64,000 nt of DNA from a virus. Lineage: Duplodnaviria; Caudoviricetes. The stretch lies in the IMG/VR virus record IMGVR_UViG_3300008259_002461; one strand, 5' to 3'. A model generated the notes under the pieces. The model was not told the origin of the DNA. It ran no database searches and was given only the letters and a program-made list of their open reading frames with translations. The translations under genes and the position numbers were made by a program. Below, one piece after another: positions 27,301 through 39,300 of the stretch. Numbering within the stretch: the stretch's first letter is position 1; every line of letters begins with the position of its first letter.

Positions 27301-30300
27301 AGTACGAATCTACTAACGGAAGTTATATTCCGCCTACGCCAACTAAATTAGGATTATATCCTAAATTTGAACCTAAAATTTATATAGACAATAGTTACAA
27401 TAATTCTGTTAAAGTTATTCAAGGCCACGACGGTAGTATAATTGCAGCGTATGATGATTTTAGAGATGCATTAATTTTAGAATTAGAAAGAAGAATATTT
27501 AATAATATTAAAATAGATTATAATGCTGACCTATTTGACTTGAATGACTACAAACCAGGCGCATTTAGAAACACTGGATTTACGCGAGAAGAAGTTGATC
27601 AACCTATTATTACTGACTTTGTCCAATGGCTTCAATTAGTAGATCAAGATTATACTGAGCACAAATATTTTGACAGAGAAGATTCTTTTACTTTTAATTA
27701 TTCTAGTTTAAGAAGTCCAACAAATACTTCGTTGCCAGGTTGGTGGAGAGGAGTGTTTGACCATGTGTATGACACTGACAAACCAAATACCAATCCGTGG
27801 GAAATGTTAGGTTTTAAAATTAAACCAAATTGGTGGGAAGAACAATACGGCCCTGCTCCTTATACTAGTGAAAACTTATTACTATGGGAAGACCTAGAGC
27901 AAGGTATAATAAGAATTCCTGGTCAACCATTTAAAATTAATTCTAAATATGCACGCCCGGGTTTGAAAAATTTCTTACCAGTAGACGCAGACGGAAATTT
28001 ATTAAGCCCATCTGATGCTAATATTTGTTTAAAGTATGATAGTTTAGATATTAAAAATAGTTTTAAATTTGGTGATTATTCTCCTGTTGAATTAGCTTGG
28101 AGAAAGAGTTCCGAATACCCGTTTGCAATGTTAGCAAGTTGGGCAATAAATCAACCAACTCGACTATTAGCTACAGGTTTTGATAGATCTAGACAGATTC
28201 GAAATAAACTTGGACATATAGTTTATAAAGACTCGGGCAGACATATACAACTTGCAGACATTTTATTTCCTAATACTGTTGACGATACAACACAAGTATT
28301 AACATTGGGAGTAGTTAATTATATTGCAGACTATATGGCATCAAGTGTAACTGCAAATTTTAAAAATTATAATACTAGACTAAAGTCTATAAAAAATAAT
28401 CTAACTATTAGATTAGGTGGATTTACTGACAAATCTAAATTTAAATTAATTTTAGATTCAAGAACACCGTTAAACAAAGGTAACGTTTTTGTTCCAGAAG
28501 AAAACTATAGAGTTTTCTTAAACACTAGTTCTCCATTACGAACAATTAGCTATAGTGGTGTTATAGTTGAAAAACGACAATCTGGATTTATTATTAGAGG
28601 TTATGATTCTGAATCACCAACATTTACTTACTTTGAACCTTTTAAAACACAACGCGATACGTTAATAAATGTAGGAGGAATCTCTGAGATTTTCACACGT
28701 TGGGAATCTGGACAATTATATAGAGAAGGCTCAAATGTTGAATATAATAATGCTTATTATAAAGTAATTACAACTCATACTGCAACTGGAGTGTTTGACG
28801 TAACTAAATTTGCTAAATTGCCTGCACTGCCATTAAAAGGCGGCCGATCAGCAACATTTAGTAAGAAATTTAATACCTTTCAGCCTATAACTATTCCTTA
28901 CGGCACATTGTTTAAAACAGTCCAAGAAATTGTTGATTTTCTATTAGGTTATGGTAATTGGTTAGAAGCTAATGGATTCCGATTTGAGTATTATGACGGC
29001 GAAGAAAAGATTATTTCTAACTGGGAAACTAGTGCTAGAGAATTTTTATTCTGGACTACTCAAAATTGGGGAGAAGGTACATTATTAGCTCTAAGCCCAG
29101 CAGCCGATGAAATTAATTTTACTACAGAGTATAGTATTGTTGATAATATCTATGACAATTTTTACGGTTACTCTATTCTTAAAGCAGACGGTAAAAAATT
29201 AGTAGAAGAATTTAGTAGAATTAATAGGACTGATCCTAACAACTTCCAATTACGTCCAAAGAATACCGCTGACGGAGTTTATGCCATACAAGTTCCAGTA
29301 GTTCAAAAGGAACACATAGTTTTAATTGACAATTTTACAGTGTTTGGCGATGTAATTTATGATCAACCTACTGGTTATCGACAAGAACGTATTAAAGTTC
29401 TAGGATACAGGACCTCTGACTGGGACGGTAGTTTAAATATTCCTGGATTCTTATATGATGCAGCCACTGTTACAGACTGGAAACAATGGACTGATTATGC
29501 TATTGGTGATTTAGTAAAATATAAAGAATTTTATTATACAGCTAAAAATAAAATAGCAGGTGCTGAAAATTTTGAAATAAACAGTTGGGCACGATTACCT
29601 AGCCGACCTGAATCAGGTTTGATTACAAATTTTGAATATAAAGTAAATCAGTTTGCAGATTTTTATAATTTAGATAGTGATAACTTTGATGTTACACAAC
29701 AAAAACTTGCACAACATTTAATTGGTTATCAAAAGCGTGAATACTTAGAAAATATTATAAATGACGAAGTTTCTCAATATAAATTCTATCAAGGAATGAT
29801 ACAAGATAAAGGTACTAAAAATGCTCTTACAAAGTTATTTGATGTACTAAGTAGTAACGACAAAGAAAGTTTAGAATTTTTTGAAGAATGGGCCATTAAA
29901 GAAGGTCAATATGGTGCCAGCGAAGGGTTCGACGAAGTTGAATTTAAATTAGATGAATCAAAATTTAGAAATACTCCACAGCCATTTGAGCTAGTTAGTT
30001 CTGTACCTGGCGGCGAGACAGATTTAATATATCGCATACGTCCATTTGAAGTATTTAAAAAACCGCTTAATTATAATCATAAGCCTTTTCCTGTTAGAGA
30101 ATCTAGCATAGGATACACCCGCGATGCAGGTTATGTAAATCAGGAAGATGTGCAGTTTATTGTACCTTCATATTATGATATTTTAAATATTAATATTGAT
30201 GAGTTTTCTAACAAAAATTATGTATGGGTAGGCACAGAAAAACAATCATGGAATGTTTATCAACATGTCTTATCAGATTATCTTGTTACAAAACTTGTAG

Positions 30301-33300
30301 GTAATGCTAATGCAGTATCAATAGGAGATCCTACAAAAAATCAATTTAAATTATCTCTAAACAAAGCAGCTACAGATATTAAAGCAGGCGACATTATCGG
30401 ATTGTACGATTTAATAATATCAACTAGGGGCGAAGAAGATTCAACTACTATACCTATAGTAACACAAGAAACTTCAACAGTTCAAGGATTTTTTAAGGTA
30501 TTAGCAGTTAATGTTAATGAACTTATTATTGATACTGATCTTACGGTTAGTGACATTGACGATTGTCGTGGTTTACTAACTCGTTTAGTGTCATCAAGAG
30601 TAGAAAATATTAACGAAGCAAATATTCTTACACAAGGTACAATTGACAATAACGACTTGGTATGGATTGATAATGACGGTGTTGATTGGAGAGTAATAAA
30701 AAATAATCAAGCCTTTGACTTATTACAAAAAATTCCCGCAGAGGAAGTTGGAATATCAAATAAATTTGGATTTTCTATAGATGTAGATAGTCGTAATACG
30801 GTCATTGTTGTTGGATCACCGGGTGCTTCAACTAATGGAAAGGCTTTTGTCTATACTCGTGGTGCAAATTCTCAAAACTTTCAATTTACACAAATCATTG
30901 AACCTACAGACAATTTAGCTGACCTAGGGCAGCAGTATGCTGAAAGTGTAGCAGTATCCCCAGACGGCAAATTTATTGTTGTAGGTTCGCCTAATGCTTC
31001 AAATATAAAAACTTTATTTAGAGGTGACTACGACGAAGAAACAGACTATCAAAACGGCGAAAGTGTATTGTTTAGCGATCAACTGTGGGAAGCTGTTGTA
31101 GACATTCGCGGAGCAGACGATTCACTTGAGTTTTCTAGCTTTGGATCAATTATTGAAATTTTACAAAAGTATAATATCACTGCCGGCGAAATTACATTTA
31201 ATAATTTAATAACAGGTAATTATCCGTTTAAAAATGTAGAAACAAATCATATATTAGTTAGAGCACCAGCAGATCAATATGCCGGTACAGGCCCGGGAGA
31301 TAGAGTATTTTTAGATTGGTATTTAAGGACCACAGCAAATCAAGATCAGCTACCTTTAACTTTAACTGCTAGACAACCGTTTGGCGGAGCAGTAACTGGA
31401 TTTACAGAGGCAAATCTTGAAGGTGGTTTAATAATTCAAAAGAAAATTGATGCAGTATTGTATGTTGAAACATTTGCTAATCTACCTGAAATTGGAGAAC
31501 AAATAGACTCCGAAGGAGTATTTGGATATGTGGCTTATGTATATCAAGATGAAGGCGCAGCAACAGTTTATGTTGAGGGATCGTTTGGTCGTTGGCAACC
31601 TACAGGATCTTTATTTACTGAACAAGGCGAGTTCGTAGGAGAGTATGTAAGAGTTGCACCAATTGAAACATTAGATGTATCTGATGATCTAGGCGGATAT
31701 TGGTGGTTTAATACTACGTCAACAATCAATGTAGGATTAGTTAACGAAGATGAAGGCCGAGCGTTAGCAGTATACAACGTTATACCTAACGGAAAAGCTG
31801 ATCCAGGTGCTCGTGGCGGCAATATCTATGATTATAACAACACTATTGTTAATAGTGAAAATAATATTAATAGCTATATTAGAACACTAACGTATCAAGG
31901 AGCACCAGGTGCATACAATAATCTAAACATAATTCCAAGTGATTTGTTCGTAGTTAGAGCACCAAATAGTCTTACAACTAAATTATCAACCGGTGACAGA
32001 GTTACACTTGAAGTAGTTAATTTACCTAATTATTCAGATGGTGGGTTTGTAGATATTTCACCGCTTGGTATAACTACTTTTAATACAAATAAAACACATA
32101 CTATTGTCGACGTATGGAGCGGCTATATTAATTTCAATCTAGATGAGACTGATACATTTGGTAATCCGTTTGAACCGCGTGTTGGACAGTTTGTTAGAGA
32201 TAGAAATACTGGCGCAACTGGTCTAATAACGTTTTATCAACGTAACGGTTTAAGTGCTACGATCTTTGTTAAAAACGTTGTAGGAACTTGGTCAAGAGGT
32301 AGAAATTTTGGTAATGTTTCTAGCATTGAATTTATAGGAGAACCAACTGATCCAAGTCCAGTGTATTCAGTTACTAGAAGAATGGGCGAAATTCGCTCAG
32401 TATCTTTAGGTAATGCATCATTAGGAATTGGCGGTTTAGTAGTATTTAGATTAGCTGCACCTATTGTAACAGTGCCTGTTCAGGCAGTAATAACTGGTGC
32501 AGAATATATTATCTATAGAGACGATCCTATACTAGGTATTGCAACACAGCCTAATATACCGTCACAGGCAAATTTTGATTGGAGACCTATTTACAATGTA
32601 TCTGTAAATGCCGATGGGTTTGTAGTTAATACTGATAATCTTGGCATGTTTACAGTTTATGCTAAAGAAGCTTCAACAACTTATAGTTTAGTAGGATCGT
32701 TTATTGTTCCAGAAATTCAAGATAATCTAAGATTAGGCTCAAAAGTTTTAATTAGAAAAAATAATAACTTATACAAATTATTTGTAGGTTGTCGTGGCTC
32801 AGGAACATCTAACAATCCTGGAAGAATTTATTTTGTAAATTACGGACTTACTGCCGACGGAACTTTCTATAACTGGGAACTTGCTAAAAATAAAAAATAC
32901 AGGGGTGAGTTTGGTCCAGAAAAAGAATATTTTATAAATGATATTGTTTTCTTAGATGGAATATTTTATCAAGCACAAACTAATATTGCCCCAGGACTTC
33001 AGTTTAATATTTTAGATTGGGAAAGAGTTGCCTTTGACGGATTACAATATACTGGCATTGATTATGTAGGTTATATTCCTAACGATACAAATTTTGTTCC
33101 AGGTAATGATAGTTCGTTAAATCTTGATCAAGAAGGGTTACTTGAGTTTGGAACTATTTTTGATGCAGACGAAAAAGGTGAAGTTGTTGTTGTTACAGCA
33201 ATTTACAACAATACTAAACCTAACAGGGTTGTTATATACAGAGCAATTAATGGTAATTATATAAAAGCACAAGAGTTATTAGCTACTAATACTACATCTA

Positions 33301-36300
33301 ATTTTGGAGAAGCAGTTAGTATTAGTCGAGATGGTACATTGATTGCAGTAGGAGCATCACTAGACTCAGCAGATATAGATAGTCAAGGAGCAGTTTATGT
33401 ATACCGACAAGTTGCCGGTGAATTTGTACTAGATCTTAATAATAACACTGGACAAAAATTAACTAGTGCAAATGCGAAAAGAAAAGAATTATTTGGAGCA
33501 TCATTAGATTTTGACGGTGATACCCTTTATGTTTCTGCTCACAACTCATATTCAGATGAAATCACAACTTTTGATAATCATGCAAAACCAATATTCAATT
33601 ATTTGTTAGGGTATGACAATGATCAAGATCCAATATATTCACAATTTGTGCTTGATCAAGAGTCGTTGTTAAATGAAAAACGTACAACGTTTGATAATAA
33701 TTTTACAAACTTTAAAAATAAGATTTTAGGTAACGGTGTTGTTTACGTTTATGATAGAATAGAAAATAGTTTAGTCTATGGTCAAACTTTAGATTTTAAT
33801 GATACTGAAGCAAGATCGTTTGGACAGACCATTGTTGCCAAGCAGAATCACTTATACACAGCATTAACTGATTTTACTAATACTGGGGGTAAAAAAGGTG
33901 CAGTGTTTGATTTTCGTAGACCTGAAAACAAACGTGTTTGGGAAACATATCGTGTTCCTAAGAAAATCCCCAACCTTGACAAGATCAAGCGAGTATTAAT
34001 TTACGATAATTTAAAAAATGAAATCATAACTAACCTTGATTATATTGATCCTGTACAGGGAAAAATTGCTGGAATAGCAGATCAAGAAATTAGATACAAA
34101 ACAGTATTTGATCCTGCTACATACAATATAGGATTAAATGGTGCAACAGTAAACAAAACAAGCACTTGGGGAGCAGAGCAAACAGGTCAACTTTGGTGGG
34201 ACTTGTCAATTACTAAGTTTATAAATCCTTATCAATCTAATGTAATTTATTCTACAAGTAATTGGAATAGATTATTTGTAGGTTCGTCAATAAAGGTATA
34301 TGAGTGGGTAGAAACAGAGCTAACTCCTGTAGAATGGGACGAAATAGCAGAGTCGCCTGATGGACTTTCGTTAGGAATAACAGGCAAATCCAAATACGGC
34401 AACAACGCTTATGTTTCTAAAAGAGTCTACGATCCTATAGCAGAACGTTTTACCCCTCTAAACTATTTCTGGGTCGAAGGCAAAACTACAGTCCCAGATA
34501 TAGAATCAAGATCAATAAGTGCAAAAACAGTAGCTGATTTTATAGCCGACCCTGCAAGTATAGGACATAAATTTATATCGTTTATTAGCGAAGATACATT
34601 TGCATTATGGAATTGCGGATCGCTAATCAAAGATACTGATTGTATTTTAAATGTTCAGTACTGGACATCTAGTGATAAAAATTCTAATATACATAATCAG
34701 TATCGAATTCTCACAGAAGGTCTTGGATCTAGTAAGCCTAGTACTGATACGGAGCGTAAATGGTTTGATAGCTTAATAGGGTACGACGAACAATCGCGAG
34801 CTGTACCTAATCCTAATTTGTCTCCTAGAGAACGATATGGTATTTTAAATAAGCCACGACAAAGCTGGTTTGTTAATAGAACTGAAGCACTAAAACAGTT
34901 TATTGAAAGAACTAATTCTGTTCTTCGTAATAATCTTATTGTAGAATCTAGAGATATTAGCGAGTTATTCCAGAGTGATTTACCACCAACTAACACATCC
35001 AGACTTTATGATACAGTAGTAGACACTGAAATAGATCTACAATTTGTTGGAGTTGCCCGGGCTGAACGTGCAGTATTAACTCCAATTGTAGAAGATGGCA
35101 AGATTGTTCGAGTTGATATAAAAGAACGCGGTCGAGGTTATAAAGTTGTTCCTACTTTTGAAATTTTAGGTACCGGTAGCGGAGCAAATATAGAACTAAC
35201 TATTAATAATCTAGGACAAGTGGTATCTGCTATTGTTTTAGATGCTGGTAATAATTACAAATCTGACACACAAATAATTGTAAGACGATTTAATGTGTTA
35301 GTCAGCAATGACTCAAGTATACGTGGAAAATGGGCAATTTATGAAAGAATTAATGAAACCCGTTCATGGAATAGGATTATAAGTCAATCTTACGACACTA
35401 CTGCGTACTGGGAATATTTAGATTGGTACGCTGACGGTTATAACAGCTTTACTGAAATCGATTTTGTAATTGATCAAAGTTTTTCATTACAAACGCTAGA
35501 CGATGACCTAGGTGATATTATAAAAATATTAACAGTAGGCACAGGCGGTTGGTTATTACTTGAAAAAATTGATGTTCAAGATACAGTTGACTATACAGTA
35601 AATTATAAAACAATAGGAAAACAAAATGGTACTATTCAATTTAAATCTGATCTTTACAATTTACAGAATAGTCAAGTAGGTTTTGATAGTCAAAGCTATG
35701 ACACTAAGTTCTTTGATAGTCAGCCTATTGAAGAAGTTAGAATTATTCTTAACACAATTAGAAATAAGATTTTTACAGATAATCTAGAAGTTGAATATAA
35801 TAAATTATTTTTTGCAAGTTTAAGATATGTATTTTCTGAACAAGGATATGTTGATTGGGCTTTCAAAACTAGTTTTGTTAAGGCTAGACATAATGTTGGC
35901 GACCTAAAAGAAAAACTAACATTCCAAAATGATAACCTTGCAAGTTATGAAGATTATCTGCAAGAAGTAAAACCGTACAAAACAAAATTACGAGAATATT
36001 TAAGCACGTATGATAAATTAGAAAATTCTTCTAGCGTAATAACTGATTTTGATCTTCCACCAGCGTACGATCCTATCAGAAAAGTAATATCTCCAGTATC
36101 AGTTAAAGTTATTAACGGCTTGTTAGTAGGCGATTCTGTTAGCTCTTATCCTAACAAATATTGGCTTGAAAATGTAGCATATCAAATAGTTGCTGTTAAA
36201 GTAAGTGACCCGGGAGAAGGGTATATAACTGCACCCGTTATCAGTATAGAAAGCGAGTCAGGAGAAGGAGCAATAGCAGTAGCATCTTTAGGACCAAATG

Positions 36301-39300
36301 GAACTATTGCAAGTGTTACTGTTACAAATCCAGGCAGTGGTTATTTAACAATTCCTCGAGTAACAATTAATGGTGCTACTCGCGATGGAGGCCGTTCGGC
36401 AGTTCTTGCAGCAGAAATAGGCAATAGCTTGGTTAGAAACATACATTCTGTTGTAAAATTTGATAGAGTTTCAGGATCATTTTTAATAACACAATTAAAT
36501 CAAAGTGAAAGATTCGTAGGAACTGGTTCTAAAACACAGTTTAATTTAAAATATCCAATGGATATGAGAACTAATACTATTGAAATTACCATTAACGGAG
36601 TAGTAGTGTTAGGTAGTCAATACACATATGAAAATGTCCTTGATAGAGATAATGGATATGATAGATATAGTGGCCGAATTAGTTTTGTTTTACCGCCAGA
36701 AAATTTAAGAGAAATTATAGTTAACTACAAAAAGTCTATTAGATTATTATCAGCAGCTGATAGAATTAATTTGTTTTATGATCCTAAAACTGGTCAAATA
36801 GGAAAAGACATTTCTCAATTAATGGAAGGTATTGACTATGGCGGAGTAGAAGTTAGAAGCTACGGGTTTGTTGGCCCTGAAGGTTGGGATTCAGATCGTT
36901 GGTATGAAAATGCATGGGATCTATTTGATGAAAATTTTGACGAAGAAAGTTTCGAAACTGACGGCTCAACTTTAACATTCCAATTAAGCAAACCACTAGC
37001 TAAAGATGTAGAATACAACGTTTATATTAATGATGTAAGAGTTGACGATAATAACTATGATGGTACTACATCAACAGATAATTTAGTAAACAAGCAAGCA
37101 TTTATGGCTCCTGTAGTCGGCGACGGCATAACAGATACATTTACGTTTGAGAATGAAATAGGTTATCGAACTTACTTAGAACAAAATTCTGCTTCAGGTC
37201 AAAATAATCCACCTATAGAAATAGTAACAATTCGTAGAAGCACTAGTGACGGTTCTAGGGAACTTAATGCAGAAAGTTTTGATACAGCATTAATAGGCGG
37301 CGACTTAGCATATACAACAGCTAAAGGTATTAAGGCTGAAGAAATTACAGTTGATGGTGACGGCTTTGTAACTCCTACAACATCAAAAGGTCCAGAAGAA
37401 ATTATTCCTGGACAAATTATGGATACCTTAGATATTACAGTTTACGAACGTCCAGTTGGTGGTTCAAGCATTATGTATAGTTCTAATCATCGAGGCGATG
37501 GTGTGACAAAAGAATTTTTTATGCAAGGATTGCCTTTCTCGTTTAGTTCTATGTTAGTTAAAGTAGACTATGAAATTTTGACACAGCAATCTGATTTTAG
37601 AATCGATTGGGACAAAAAGAGTGTTGTATTTTATCAAGCACCTACTGCCGGTTCTGAGATACATTTATTAGCTATGGGACTATCTGGTGATAATATACTG
37701 GACTATGATGAGTTTACAGCCAACGGTTCTGTGGCTGAATTCTTAACAAATGTAAGATGGACAGATAACATTAACGGATATGTAACTGTAAACGGTGAAG
37801 TAAAACCTTTTGAATTATTTGAATCAGATGACAGTTACGCTGTAGCTAATAACGTTGTAATTAAATTTGTACAGCCACCGTTAGCTGGAACTAAAATACA
37901 GTTTGCACTGTTTGAAAGTTCAGCAATTACGTTTAGTCAAGTAACAGTAGACGATTTTATTGCCGACGGCAGTTCAACGTCATATCAAATTAGTCAAGCA
38001 CCGTTTAATCAAGAACCAGTACAATTTTATACCCTTGTAACTGTAAACGACAAAGTTCTAAATGCTGGTTACGTTCAACGATTTGATGTCACTACCTCTA
38101 GACAGTATCAATTGAAAAAATGGCAAGTGCCTGTAGGTTCAATAACAGGTGATAAGATTGATGTTTACTTAAACAATAGAAAACTAAGTCTTTTACAAGA
38201 GTGGACTTATGAAGGTGCAGGATCTTTTAATCCTGCTATTAGTCCTGATGCACAAGAGGGTAGTACAGTTATTTTAAATAGCGGTGTTGGAGTTCCAGGC
38301 GACACATTGCGTGTGCATTTAATAGCTGACGGCGAGTATAGATTTGGGTATTTTGAAATAGGTGAAGATTCAAGTGACACGTTTGTAGGAACGCCTGATA
38401 CAATTTATTTTGATGATACTTACCCTGCAGGCACTAAAATTCGTGTATATCAATTTAGTAATCACGACAGTCAAGGCATCGAAAGACAAAAATTTGATGT
38501 AATTGAACGTACACAAATGAGTGAAGCGTCAGACGGTTATCATGAATACAGAACACTTAAAAATGGACTAATTCAGTTACGTGAGCAAGCAGTAGATGTA
38601 GCATATATATGGGTATCTGTAAATGGTACCTTATTAACTCCTACAGCTGATTACATCTTATTAGAAAATAAACGTTACATTAAGATGATTACACCACTTA
38701 ATGATAATGATGTAGTTGATATTATACATTTTAGTAATCCGCCTGTATCAAACAAATACGGTTGGAGAATATTTAAGGATATGCTAAACAGATATCACTA
38801 TAAGAGATTAGGTAATGATGCTCGATATACATTAGCAGAACCTTTACAATATTATGATAAAATAATTACTCTTGACAATGCTGAAGGTCTACCAACTCCT
38901 GCGGTACGTAGTCGTATACCTGGTGTAATTTTTATTAACGGAGAACGTATTGAATATTTCCGCAGAGAGGGAAATGTATTAAAACAACTACGCAGAGGTA
39001 CGTTAGGTACTGGAGTTAAAACAGTTCATAGTCTAGGAGACAGGGTTTATGATCAAAGCATAGATTCTAATATTCCTTATAAGGATGAAGTAGTAACATT
39101 TGAAGCGTTCTCAGGCAACTATAAGGATATGAGTGTTGACTACAACAATATAGGTGCAATAAGTGTAAACAGTATAACATATACAGCTAATAATAACACG
39201 GCATTTCCTTTAGGATACGAAGAACTTGATAATTTAGGTCTAGGTCTCCGTCAAAAGTGTGTTATAAAAGGTAGCGGATTTAGACCAGTTGTAAAAGTTA